This document shows positions 53,511-62,925 of a stretch of DNA of 64,000 nt, piece by piece. The translations under genes and the position numbers were made by a program. Location of the stretch: the NCBI GenBank assembly GCA_022447545.1, contig JAKVBI010000017.1, forward strand, positions 69,512 to 133,511. The letters are read 5' to 3'. The notes beneath the pieces are model-generated. The model worked only from the letters and a program-made list of their open reading frames with translations. It searched no databases and was not told the origin of the DNA. The stretch is from Myxococcota bacterium (GTDB lineage: Bacteria > Myxococcota_A > UBA9160 > SMWR01). Numbering within the stretch: position 1 is the first letter of the stretch; the number at the start of each line of letters is the position of its first letter.

Positions 53511-55019
53511 ATGGCCGAGAACGATTCCGACTACAATCCGAGCCGTGCCTGTCCTCTGAGCGAAGTTTCTTCGTGGGATCTCGAGACGGATGTCATCGTC
53601 GTTGGCTACGGAGCTTCAGGGGCTTCTGCGGCCCTGGAGGCTGCGGTCGAAGGCGCCGAGGTCACGCTATTCGAAGTGGCCTCTGGCAGCGGTGGGACCA
53701 GCGCCATGGCGGGTGGTGACATCTACCTCGGTGGAAACGGGGGGACTCCCGCTCAGCGGGAGAATGGTTTCGAGGATGATACCGAGGACTTCTATCGATA
53801 CATGTTGATGGCGGGAGGTGCCGATGCCGATGAGGCCCGGGTGAGACTCTATGCCGACCATGCCCTGGAACACTATGTCTGGTTGAAGGAGCAGGGCATT
53901 CCATATCGGAACTCATACCTGCCCGGGAAGGTGCAGGCGCCCGGTACAGGCGACTGTCTGATTTGGTCGGGCAATGAGGATGCGTGGCCCTACAATGAAA
54001 CCGCCAAGCCCTGCCCTCGGGGACATCTGCCAGAAGCGATCGGAGAACTGGGCGGGGGAGGGCGCATGCTCGTGGACAAGCTCGCCGCTCGGGTTGAAGC
54101 GCTGGGCGTCGACATCCACTGCGATGCGCGAGTCCTGTGTCTGGTGGCAGATGAGGCGCAGCAGGTGCAGGGGGTGGTGGTTCGGCTCGAAGGTCAACCG
54201 CGCTTCGCTCGTGCTCGGCGTGGAGTCATCCTGTGTGCCGGGGGGTTTGCGTTGAACGAAGAGATGGTGAAGAAGTACGCGCCGGTCATTTCACGGCTGG
54301 GTGATGATGGCCTCAGCGCAGGCCATGACGATGGCAGTGGTATTCGAATGGGGCAGAGTGTCGGCGGCGCGGCGATCCATATGGACGAGATCTTCACCAC
54401 TCTTCCCATCTATCCCCCTGCCTCCCATGTGAAGGGCATTCTGATCAACGAACAAGGCCAGCGATTCGTCAACGAAGACGCCTATCCGGGGCGAGTTGCC
54501 ATTCATTGCTTGCGGCAGGTGGGCGATCACATCTACATGTTGGTCGATGACAGCATCTTCGAGCAGCCTTCGGAATTCTCGCGAATCGAGATCGCGGCTG
54601 TGGGCGAATCGTGGTCGGAGATTGAATCGGAACTCGGTCTCTTGGAAGGGACGCTGACTTCCACCATCTCGTTGTTCAACCGGCACGCCGCGGAAGGGAA
54701 GGATCCGCTATTCCACAAGAATCCGAACTACATCAAACCCCTGATCGACCCGCCCTTTGCGGCCTTGGCGTGCCACATCGGCCAGGCCTTCTATCCATAC
54801 TTCACGCTGGGAGGGCTCAGTACTCGACCCACCGGAGAGGTGTTGACTGTCGATGCTGAAGTCGTCCCCGGCTTGTACGCTGCCGGCCGTACCTGCAGCG
54901 GACTGCCGCGCTCGGGGGAGGGGTACAGTTCGGGGATGTCGCTGGGCGACTGCACCTTTTTCGGTCGGTACGCAGGGCGGGCGGCGGCTCGGCGTGATCC
55001 CGCATCCACGGCCCGCTGA
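53511..55019 (+). CDS. FAD-binding dehydrogenase (fumarate-reductase / 3-ketosteroid-dehydrogenase-like flavoprotein family)
   Basis: DVIVVGYGASGASAALEA...GSGGTSAMAGGDIYLGG. Paralogue of 60267..61730. Confidence 0.8.
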   Translation: MAENDSDYNPSRACPLSEVSSWDLETDVIVVGYGASGASAALEAAVEGAEVTLFEVASGSGGTSAMAGGDIYLGGNGGTPAQRENGFEDDTEDFYRYMLMAGGADADEARVRLYADHALEHYVWLKEQGIPYRNSYLPGKVQAPGTGDCLIWSGNEDAWPYNETAKPCPRGHLPEAIGELGGGGRMLVDKLAARVEALGVDIHCDARVLCLVADEAQQVQGVVVRLEGQPRFARARRGVILCAGGFALNEEMVKKYAPVISRLGDDGLSAGHDDGSGIRMGQSVGGAAIHMDEIFTTLPIYPPASHVKGILINEQGQRFVNEDAYPGRVAIHCLRQVGDHIYMLVDDSIFEQPSEFSRIEIAAVGESWSEIESELGLLEGTLTSTISLFNRHAAEGKDPLFHKNPNYIKPLIDPPFAALACHIGQAFYPYFTLGGLSTRPTGEVLTVDAEVVPGLYAAGRTCSGLPRSGEGYSSGMSLGDCTFFGRYAGRAAARRDPASTAR

Positions 55020-55028
55020 GTTCAGGGA

Positions 55029-57014
55029 TCAAGGGGGACTCGTCGGGGGCGAATACCAGATTGGCGAGGTCCATGCGCGTTCTTGAATCACAGGGCGGTG
55101 CCCAGCACTGCAACAGGGCTCGTAGCCTCGGGTGAGGGTGCTGGGGTCGCTGCAGACCACGCCGGCAGCGACGCAGAGTTGTTGGCTCCAGCGGCAGGTG
55201 GGGTTTTCGAGGACGCGTGCGTAGTAGAAAGCGCGCTGCTCGGGGTCGAAGTCGGGGTCTCGCCAGACGGTGCAGAGGCTGGAGTCACCTTGGCCCTGGG
55301 TCTGGCAAGTACGGGGGTCCACCGAAGCGCCGTTTTCGCCACCGGCAACATCCATGACGGTCTCACGAGTCTCACCCTCCTCGACCCAACCCTTCACGAT
55401 CTGGATGCGTTGTAGCCCCGTGCCTGGGCGGTTCTCGGTTCCAGGATCTCGAAGTGCTGATACGGCAAAAGTGGGTGCGCGAGACTCCTTTGGACGTGGA
55501 GGCAGGTCGCTTCCCATGGGTACGCCCCCTGCGTAGCCTCGGCTTGCGAAATCGTTCCCACAGAGGTCATTGTCGTAGTCCCAACCGCCGAAGAAGCGGA
55601 CGGCTGGTCGGGTGCCGCTCGTCCCATAGGTCTCCCGCCGTTTCAATGCAGCAAAGATCGAATCCCGACTGTTTTCCTCAGCCCAGACCACTGCGAGTCC
55701 GCCCGGGTTGAACTCGATGTTGTCGGGGAGTCCCGTCGGTAGAGTCGTAGACGCACTCATGCCCGCTCCGCCATGGCCCTTGGAGTCGGATTCCAAGACC
55801 ATGCCCGGAGTCGCGAGGTGGGTATCCGTACTGGCAATGATGCCGTACTTGAGGGGATTGACGCCGAGGCTTTCCTCCAAGAGGAGTCCCTTCTTCAGGG
55901 CTTCGCGCACCATGGCCGAACGCTTGGGCTTGGGGACGTTCTGGGAGGCGACCATGCCGATGCCAGCGATGCGTCGGACGCCAGCGAAGCTGTCGTAGTC
56001 GAGTTTTTCGAATGCGCAGGCTTCATCCACGGTATCGCCCACGAGTAAACACTCGGAATCCCCTTTGTGTTGCATGATCTCAACCAGTGATTCATAGCGC
56101 TGGCGTCGCTGGGCCTCTTCGACGTCCACGGTCATTTGGGCGTCGGCAGCGGTTCGGAGCTTTGCGCTCTGGAACATCAGACCGTCACCGCTGATGTTGG
56201 AATTGTGGGGGATCGTGACGACATCGCAGCCCTCGCGTCCCTCAATACAGTCTCGCTCGAGACCGATCCAGAGGTCATACGCCGAGGGGGTGTCGACCCA
56301 CGATAGTGCATAGCTAGGAACTCGGTCATTGCGGAAGATCACGTTGCGATGCAGGTTTTCGCCATTCCCCACCGAAGCGGTCCACTCGTAGCCTACGAAG
56401 CTCGTGAACGTGCAGGCCGATGATCGATCGTAGGCCTCCTCAGCGGCGTCCTGGATGTCTTGCCAGGCCTCGCGGTGATTGCTCGCGCAGAGTTCGCCGT
56501 TCTCGCCACAGAATTGAAAACGATTGCGGGCGATCAGGGTGCGTGAGGCGGTGACCATGGCAAGAGGGCCCAGGTTGCGGATGAACCAACAAGCGTCGGA
56601 GTCGTATCCTGGCTGGCCCTGGGTATAACAAGAACGGACTTCGCCGAGCATCTCCGAGTGGTCGGAGACGGCGGTCCAATCGAGAGGGCGGTCTATGCGA
56701 ACCTTGCGCAGGGCCTTTCCGTCGGGCGTGTACGGTTGAATCCCCACCTCCTCGCCCTTGGCGAATCGGTAGGCATCGCCTGGAGTACCACGAGTCGATT
56801 GGGAGGCAGCATCGAACGAGTAGGCGGTATGGACGTGGGTGTCACCGAAAAGGGGTTGGCGAAGCGCTTCGTGGTGATCGCAGTCGTCGCGCTGCTCCGT
56901 ACGTTCGAAACTCCGTTTCGGTGGTTCGGTGGCCAGGCTGGCTGCCGGGGGGATTGCCAGGACGATCGCGCAGACGGTGAAGCGGGCGACTCCTCCGAAG
57001 TTTTTTGCAGTCAT
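55029..57014 (-). CDS. DUF3604-family secreted protein
   Basis: Signal peptide. FGDTHVHTAYSFDA is the hallmark of DUF3604. SD AAAGGAGAAG. Confidence 0.8.
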   Translation of the reverse strand: MTAKNFGGVARFTVCAIVLAIPPAASLATEPPKRSFERTEQRDDCDHHEALRQPLFGDTHVHTAYSFDAASQSTRGTPGDAYRFAKGEEVGIQPYTPDGKALRKVRIDRPLDWTAVSDHSEMLGEVRSCYTQGQPGYDSDACWFIRNLGPLAMVTASRTLIARNRFQFCGENGELCASNHREAWQDIQDAAEEAYDRSSACTFTSFVGYEWTASVGNGENLHRNVIFRNDRVPSYALSWVDTPSAYDLWIGLERDCIEGREGCDVVTIPHNSNISGDGLMFQSAKLRTAADAQMTVDVEEAQRRQRYESLVEIMQHKGDSECLLVGDTVDEACAFEKLDYDSFAGVRRIAGIGMVASQNVPKPKRSAMVREALKKGLLLEESLGVNPLKYGIIASTDTHLATPGMVLESDSKGHGGAGMSASTTLPTGLPDNIEFNPGGLAVVWAEENSRDSIFAALKRRETYGTSGTRPAVRFFGGWDYDNDLCGNDFASRGYAGGVPMGSDLPPRPKESRAPTFAVSALRDPGTENRPGTGLQRIQIVKGWVEEGETRETVMDVAGGENGASVDPRTCQTQGQGDSSLCTVWRDPDFDPEQRAFYYARVLENPTCRWSQQLCVAAGVVCSDPSTLTRGYEPCCSAGHRPVIQERAWTSPIWYSPPTSPP

Positions 57015-57037
57015 GGCTTCTCCTTTTCGGTTCTCCT

Positions 57038-57046
57038 GGGGGGGGG
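57038..57046. repeat. G9 (C9 on the coding strand) homopolymer just 5' of the SD region of 55029..57014
   Basis: Read directly. The minus strand reads CCCCCCCCC-AGGAGAACCGAAAAGGAGAAGCC-ATG. Confidence 0.9.
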
Positions 57047-57247
57047 CGGTGTGGGGGCGGCCAAAAGGAGAGGCGGTTTCCGCCGGTCCCGGTGAGCCAA
57101 ACCACGCGTATCATGGGGGTGGAAGCGTCGACATCGCAACTGCTATGGACGCAGATCTTTCGGACGTTCGCGCTCGATGCGAATCCGACCGATGAGTCGG
57201 GGGGACGGAGTGAGTCATTTGCGTTTTAGAGCCGGGTTCCCAGGTCG

Positions 57248-59518
57248 ATGAAACGGCGTCGGCGAAACGGCGGCCGCGAGGCGCGACCCAAGAAGGGTGG
57301 GGGCAAGGCGGATCGGCGGCGGACCCGACGAACCCAACGGGTCGATCTTGACGGTGTGCTGCAGGTGATCGAGAGGAGAGGCCGTCGGCCCATCACGGCT
57401 GCAGCGATCGGGCGCGTGCTGGGAATCCAGCGGGACGCAGCCCGGCGCCTCAAGAAGCCTCTCACGCAATTGCTCCAGCAGGGCAGTATCGAACGGGTGG
57501 CCGCGGGGTACCGCATGTGCCGGCGCGATGGATTGGTGGAGGGCACCGTAGAAGTGCTGAGTCGGGCGGGTTCGCGCGATCTTAGCGTGGTTCGTGACGA
57601 CGCCAGGCGGGAATGGTCTGTGCACAAGACTCCCGCCACCCCGGAGTTCCGGTTGGGCGATCGTGTTCTGTTGTTACCGCGAACCGAAGCCCAACGGGGC
57701 CGAAAGGGGAGGGGCGAAATCCTCCACGTGCTCGACGGCGCTCGAGAGGGTTGGCTGGGACTCCTTCAAACCCACTCTGGGGGTGCCGTGGTGTTGCCCT
57801 ATTACGACGACGCGGATTGGTCGGTTCAAATCGAGAGCAGGCACCTAGGAGCGGGGCGCGATGGGGACGTGGTTGTGGCGGCTCCCATGGACACATCGGG
57901 CTCCGGTCGGAAACGCCGCGTGCGAACCCCGGGGGTTCCGAGGGGGAGGGTTACCGAGGTACTTGGACGGCCTGGCGATGCCGAGGCCGATACCCGGGCC
58001 ATCGCCTGGCGGCATCGCTGGCCTCTGGAGTTCACGGAATCGGTGATTCGGGAGGCGACGGCGATTCCCGAGGGCCTGGAGGAGGAGGAGGTTGCGGAGC
58101 GACGGGATCTGCGAGACCGCTGCTTCGTCACCATCGATCCCGAGTCCGCGCGGGATTTCGATGATGCGGTGTGTGCAGAACCGCGCGCCGGAGGCGGAAC
58201 GTGCCTCTGGGTCGCGGTTGCAGATGTCGCCCACTTCGTGGTTCCGGGCTCAGCCGTCGATGTGGAGGCCCTGGCCCGCGGTTTCAGCGTGTATTTCCCA
58301 GAGCGCGCCATTCCCATGCTCCCCGAGCGCCTCTCCAGTAATTTGTGCTCTCTGCGTCCAGGCGTCGACCGTCTCGCCATGGTGGTGGAGATGGCATTCG
58401 ATGCAGAGGGGAAGCGGGTCGGTCGGCGTTTTCACCAGGCAGTGATTCGAAGCCACGCGCGTCTGAGCTACGCCCAAGCTGCGTCGCGAATGGACGCCCG
58501 GGAGGCGGGTGCGGATCGGAAGCGAGATGAACCACGAGAGCGTGCCATCGACGGTTGCTTGGCCCAACTCTTTGATCTCGCCGCCCGACTCGAGCGGCGC
58601 CGGAGCCAGGAAGGCTACCTGGAATTGCAGATCCCCGAGCCCGAGGTGGTCATCGATCCCGAAGGGCGTGTGGTCGATGTCGTGCGGGCATCTCGAGCCA
58701 GTGCGCATGGGGCGGTAGAAGAAGCCATGTTGGCAGCCAACCGGGCGGTGGCCGAGGCTCTGGCGGCTTCGGACCACCCAGCGATCCGGCGCGTCCATCC
58801 CCCGCCGAGTGAGCGTGCCGCGGGCCACTTGCGGGAGGTCCTGCTGGAATTCGGGCTGGAGGAGGAGGCCGCGGCTGAATTGTCTCCGCGAAATCTTGCC
58901 CGTGCCCTCCAGCGGGTAGAGGCAAGACCCGAACGGGCAGTTATTCACGGTCGCGTTCTGCAAAGCCTTTCACAAGCACATTATTCCGTCGGTCATGGCG
59001 GGCATTTTGCACTGGGTTTTGGTCACTACACGCATTTCACGTCACCGATTCGGCGCTACGCGGATCTCATGGTTCACCGGGCACTGAAGTCCGTCATGCA
59101 AACAACGGGTGAGTCTCCGGCGTATCGACTCGAAACGGCTCGGCGCGTGGCGAGACGTACGTCGTGGCGCGAGCGGTTGGCGATCCAGGCCGAACGGGAT
59201 CGTGTCGCATTGAGCCGCTGTGCGTTGATGGCCGAGCGGGTCGGTCAGCGATTCGAGGGAGTCGTGACCGGGGTGGCATCCCATGGGCTCTATGTTGCCC
59301 TCGACGCACCTTTTGTCGAAGGAATGGTACATGTCTCGCAGCTTCGGGCTCCCACTCGCTTCGATGAGCGTCGCCGGGAACTCTCTTCGGGGCGCCCGCC
59401 TCAGCGGTTTCGCATGGGGGACCGCATCCGGGTTGAACTCGTGGAGGTCGATGCCCGTAGAGCACGAATTGGTTTTGCGTTGGATCTCGCCACCTCGCCG
59501 GGAAAGCGCAGGGGCTGA
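57248..59518 (+). CDS. rnr: ribonuclease R (RNB-family 3'-5' exoribonuclease)
   Basis: 756 aa. RNB motif CFVTIDPESARDFDDAV. HFALGF...YTHFTSPIRRYADLMVHR. C-terminal S1 domain and a basic tail. Confidence 0.9.
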   Translation: MKRRRRNGGREARPKKGGGKADRRRTRRTQRVDLDGVLQVIERRGRRPITAAAIGRVLGIQRDAARRLKKPLTQLLQQGSIERVAAGYRMCRRDGLVEGTVEVLSRAGSRDLSVVRDDARREWSVHKTPATPEFRLGDRVLLLPRTEAQRGRKGRGEILHVLDGAREGWLGLLQTHSGGAVVLPYYDDADWSVQIESRHLGAGRDGDVVVAAPMDTSGSGRKRRVRTPGVPRGRVTEVLGRPGDAEADTRAIAWRHRWPLEFTESVIREATAIPEGLEEEEVAERRDLRDRCFVTIDPESARDFDDAVCAEPRAGGGTCLWVAVADVAHFVVPGSAVDVEALARGFSVYFPERAIPMLPERLSSNLCSLRPGVDRLAMVVEMAFDAEGKRVGRRFHQAVIRSHARLSYAQAASRMDAREAGADRKRDEPRERAIDGCLAQLFDLAARLERRRSQEGYLELQIPEPEVVIDPEGRVVDVVRASRASAHGAVEEAMLAANRAVAEALAASDHPAIRRVHPPPSERAAGHLREVLLEFGLEEEAAAELSPRNLARALQRVEARPERAVIHGRVLQSLSQAHYSVGHGGHFALGFGHYTHFTSPIRRYADLMVHRALKSVMQTTGESPAYRLETARRVARRTSWRERLAIQAERDRVALSRCALMAERVGQRFEGVVTGVASHGLYVALDAPFVEGMVHVSQLRAPTRFDERRRELSSGRPPQRFRMGDRIRVELVEVDARRARIGFALDLATSPGKRRG

Positions 59519-59530
59519 GAAGTTTCCGGT

Positions 59531-60232
59531 TCAACGTTCGAACACGTACTCGCTCATGGCGGTCACGTCCGTTGCGTCCATCTGGAGAAAGCGCTCGACG
59601 GTATCCATCATACGCTTGAGGTTCGCGTCGAATTTCTTCTGGTCGCCGACGGCGTCGTAGAAGACGTGTGGGTCGCTGAGCGCCCCGATGGGGAAGCCTT
59701 CCTCGACGATGGCCGACCAGTCGGGTGGAGTGCCGGTCAGCACGCGCACGATTTCGTTTCGAACGTATTGGAATGTCGATTGGGTTTCGATGGCACACGG
59801 GCGTTGCTCTTCTTGCCAGATGCGAATGAATTCCTCGTAGGGAATGTCCTGTTTGGCGGTGACACAGGTCACTTGGGAGAAGCCGGGTGTGCGTTCGCCG
59901 GGAGCTGCCACGTGCTTCGTGTTCACGATGGGGCTGGACTCGACCACGAGGAAGCTCGTCAGGGATGCACTGGCTTCCGAGAGCACGGCTTCGATGGGGC
60001 CCCGGTCCTGGGCCAGTTCGATCCAATAGGAGACGAAGGCCGATTTGGGGGGGCCCACCGGGGTCATTCGCAGGGATTGGCCTTCGGCTACGGCGTTGTC
60101 TTCAGCGCAGATCTTCAGCTTCAGGGCACCGAGTTCCCGGAGTCTCGGAGCGATGCGTTGGAGTAAAACGTCGCAGAATTCCTGGGGGCTCTGGTTTTCG
60201 GGTCGCCATAGCAGGGTCGTGATCTTTTCCAT
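59531..60232 (-). CDS. hypothetical protein, EthD-like (dimeric alpha/beta-barrel) suspected, two half-domains
   Basis: 233 aa from ATG 60232. The N-terminus MEKITTLLWRPENQSPQEFCDVLLQRIAPRL resembles EthD-family starts. Assignment is tentative. Confidence 0.45.
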   Translation of the reverse strand: MEKITTLLWRPENQSPQEFCDVLLQRIAPRLRELGALKLKICAEDNAVAEGQSLRMTPVGPPKSAFVSYWIELAQDRGPIEAVLSEASASLTSFLVVESSPIVNTKHVAAPGERTPGFSQVTCVTAKQDIPYEEFIRIWQEEQRPCAIETQSTFQYVRNEIVRVLTGTPPDWSAIVEEGFPIGALSDPHVFYDAVGDQKKFDANLKRMMDTVERFLQMDATDVTAMSEYVFER

Positions 60233-60266
60233 GGTGGATGCTCCGTTGGTTGGCTCGGGTTTGCGA

Positions 60267-61730
60267 TCAGACGGGCTTTGCACGGGCCAGGGCCTGGCCG
60301 GCCCGACGGCCGAAGAAGCTGCCATCGCCGAGTGAAATTCCACTGCTGTAGCCCTGTTTGCTGATCCCAGAGGTGGTGCGCCCGGCCGCATGGAGGCCCG
60401 GGATGGGTTCGCCGCCTGGAGTCTTTACCCGACCGTGGGAATCGATGTGCAGACCTCCCAGTGTGAATCCGCAGTAAACGGAATGTTCGGGTCGAAGGTC
60501 GAGGGCTCCAAAGGGAGGGTGCTCGAGGGGACGGACATGGCTCGGGTGTTTGTGAAAGAGTGGGTCGCGTTGGTGTTTCGCGTGCTCGTTGTAGAACGCC
60601 ACGGTCTGCTGGAGTGCGCCTGTGGGCATACCGATCTCGGCCTCCAATTCCTGGATGGTCTCACCGGCCATGACCTGAAGGTCGGGGATGTTCTTGGTTT
60701 GCCCGAAACTCTTCTCGTCGACGATCAACCACGCCTGGCCGTCCTGGTGAAGGAGGGAAAATTCTCCCCAGCGGCCCATATAGGCGTCTTCGTTGAGGAA
60801 GCGCTGGGCGTTGGCGTTTACGAGCAAGCCCTGCTTGAGCGACACCGGCGGGAAGATGGGCAGGGTGATGTCGCCGGAATCCATGCGGATGGTGGCCGCC
60901 CCCACGGCGATTCCCATCTGGATCGCGCTGCCGTCATCGTTTTCTGTCCCCACCTTCATCTTGCAACGTCGCAGCCAGGGCGCGTGGCGCTCGAGCATTT
61001 CGTCGTTCCAGATGAACCCACCAGCGGTCAATGCTACTCCGCGTCGCGCGCGTACGCAGATTTCCTCACCAGCGTGGCGCAACACCACACCTACCACGCG
61101 CCCATCGGATTCGGTGATCAGTCGCTCTGCCAGGTGATCCCCACGAACGCGTACTCCACTGCGCTGGGCGGATTCGATCAGGCTGTTCATGAGGATCGCG
61201 CCCTTGGAGCCCATGACACTGGCGCAATGCCCACGCGGGGCGGGTTTGGCGATTGTGCTGAAGGGGTGGCAGTCCTCACTGCCCGAATAGGTGAGGCTTT
61301 CATCGGTTTCGGGTTCATGAGCGTCAGGAAAGAAGGCCTCCTTGAAGAAGACGCCCTGTTTTATGAACCAGTCGAAGTGGTCGACACTGTGCTCGACGAA
61401 GGGCGCCACCAGGCTCTCATCGGGGGCGGGTCCGCAGGCCGCCATCAGGTACTTGAACATCTCTTCGGGGGTGTCCTCGAATCCCAGGGCGGTTTGCAAT
61501 GCTGTGCCGCCCCCCATGTAGATCAGGCCGCCGGAGTTGGCGGATGTGCCTCCGCCCGCCGATGCCCGTTCGGTGACGAGAACGTCGGCCCCGAGTGCGG
61601 CAGCTTCGATGGCGCAACTCGCGCCTGCGATTCCGTACCCCACCACCACGACGTCGGCCTCGTCGTCGTAGTGGGTGATGGTCGCGGCAGCGCGCGGAGA
61701 TCGGGAGTCGTGGGCAGCGTCGGCGGTCAC
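60267..61730 (-). CDS. FAD-binding dehydrogenase (fumarate-reductase / 3-ketosteroid-dehydrogenase-like)
   Basis: DVVVVGYGIAGASCAIEA...GGGTSANSGGLIYMGGG. I prefer GTG 61730 (GAGG 6 nt upstream) because the longer frame overlaps the upstream ACAD gene. Confidence 0.8.
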   Translation of the reverse strand: MTADAAHDSRSPRAAATITHYDDEADVVVVGYGIAGASCAIEAAALGADVLVTERASAGGGTSANSGGLIYMGGGTALQTALGFEDTPEEMFKYLMAACGPAPDESLVAPFVEHSVDHFDWFIKQGVFFKEAFFPDAHEPETDESLTYSGSEDCHPFSTIAKPAPRGHCASVMGSKGAILMNSLIESAQRSGVRVRGDHLAERLITESDGRVVGVVLRHAGEEICVRARRGVALTAGGFIWNDEMLERHAPWLRRCKMKVGTENDDGSAIQMGIAVGAATIRMDSGDITLPIFPPVSLKQGLLVNANAQRFLNEDAYMGRWGEFSLLHQDGQAWLIVDEKSFGQTKNIPDLQVMAGETIQELEAEIGMPTGALQQTVAFYNEHAKHQRDPLFHKHPSHVRPLEHPPFGALDLRPEHSVYCGFTLGGLHIDSHGRVKTPGGEPIPGLHAAGRTTSGISKQGYSSGISLGDGSFFGRRAGQALARAKPV

Positions 61731-61773
61731 CGGAGAACCTCGATGGGGTGGGGTGTCGAAGAGGACAGTGTTT

Positions 61774-62913
61774 TCAATAGCCGCGCAGGTTGGCGTAGCG
61801 GTCCCGGTGGAAGGAGGCGTCGCCGAAAGTGAACTGCTGGACTCTGAACCGTTTGAGGTAGAGACCAATGTCTTCCTCGTCGGTCATCCCGATGCCGCCG
61901 AGCATCTGTACGCCTTCGTTTCCCATGAGAAAGGCGGTCTCGGACAGCCTGGCTTTGGCGGTGCTCACGAGTTCGGGGACGGCTTCGTCGCCGGAGTCTA
62001 TGGCTTGCTGTACTTCGATCACGATGGAGCGTGACAGTTCGATCTCTACATGCAGTTCAGCGGCACGGTGCTTCAATGCTTGGAAGGAACCGATCACTGT
62101 CCCGAATTGTTCGCGAACCTTGAGGTAGTTCAGTGTGTGCTCGAAGGCGGCCTCGATCCCTCCGAGCATTTCGGCACACAGACCCGCCGTGGCTCGGTCG
62201 AGTACCGGGTCGAGAATCTCTGCTCCTCGGTCGATTTCGCCCAGTAATCGTTGGCCGTCGACCTCGACATCCCGAAACTCAATGCGTGCTGCGTTGCGCC
62301 CGTCGACCTGAAGCGTCCGAGTGCGGGTGATGCCCGGTGTCTCCGCGTCGACGAGAAAGAGCGAGAGTCCGTTCCGGTCTCTGCTCGATCCCGAGGTGCG
62401 GGCTACGACGAGGAGTTGGTCCGCGACGTGACCGTCCAGAACGAAGGTCTTGCTTCCGGCGATGGTGTATCCGCTGGGCGTCTTCGTTGCGCGCGTCTCG
62501 GTCGCGTAAGGGGCGTGGCGTGTTTGCTCCTGGTGAGCCACGGCCAATATCCGCTGACCGCTGCATACCCCAGTCAGAACCTCCTTGCGCAGAGCCTCGC
62601 TGGCCCCGAGGTCGATGGCCGTTCCTCCTAGAGCGATGGTCGATAGGAGGGGACTGGCAGTCAGGGTCCGTCCGCACTCCTGCAGAACCACACCGAGTTC
62701 GGTATGCCCGAGATCGGCGCCGCCGAATTCCTCTGCGAAGGGAATTCCTGCCCAGCCGAGTTCCGCCATCTCCTTCCAGAGGCTCTTGGAGAAACCTATG
62801 GGGTCGGGTTCATCCCGCAGGCGTCGGAGTTCGCCGGTGGGGGATTTTTCACTGATGAAGTCCCGGGCGATTTCCCGGAGCAGAGTCTGTTCTTCGCTGT
62901 GTACGAGGGGCAT
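61774..62913 (-). CDS. acyl-CoA dehydrogenase family protein (degenerate C-terminal signature)
   Basis: 379 aa with the ACAD fold pattern (N-terminal EEQTLLREIARDF, middle beta domain, C-terminal GGIGMTDE). The usual I-[YF]-[EG]-G-T-x-E-[IV]-Q block reads FTFGDASFHRD. Confidence 0.8.
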   Translation of the reverse strand: MPLVHSEEQTLLREIARDFISEKSPTGELRRLRDEPDPIGFSKSLWKEMAELGWAGIPFAEEFGGADLGHTELGVVLQECGRTLTASPLLSTIALGGTAIDLGASEALRKEVLTGVCSGQRILAVAHQEQTRHAPYATETRATKTPSGYTIAGSKTFVLDGHVADQLLVVARTSGSSRDRNGLSLFLVDAETPGITRTRTLQVDGRNAARIEFRDVEVDGQRLLGEIDRGAEILDPVLDRATAGLCAEMLGGIEAAFEHTLNYLKVREQFGTVIGSFQALKHRAAELHVEIELSRSIVIEVQQAIDSGDEAVPELVSTAKARLSETAFLMGNEGVQMLGGIGMTDEEDIGLYLKRFRVQQFTFGDASFHRDRYANLRGY

Positions 62914-62925
62914 GGGATGGGTTCC

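Noticed and set aside
60390-61832. 480-aa plus-strand ORF
   Set aside because: It is antisense to the KstD-like flavoprotein, whose GxGxxG and FAD motifs are unambiguous on the minus strand.
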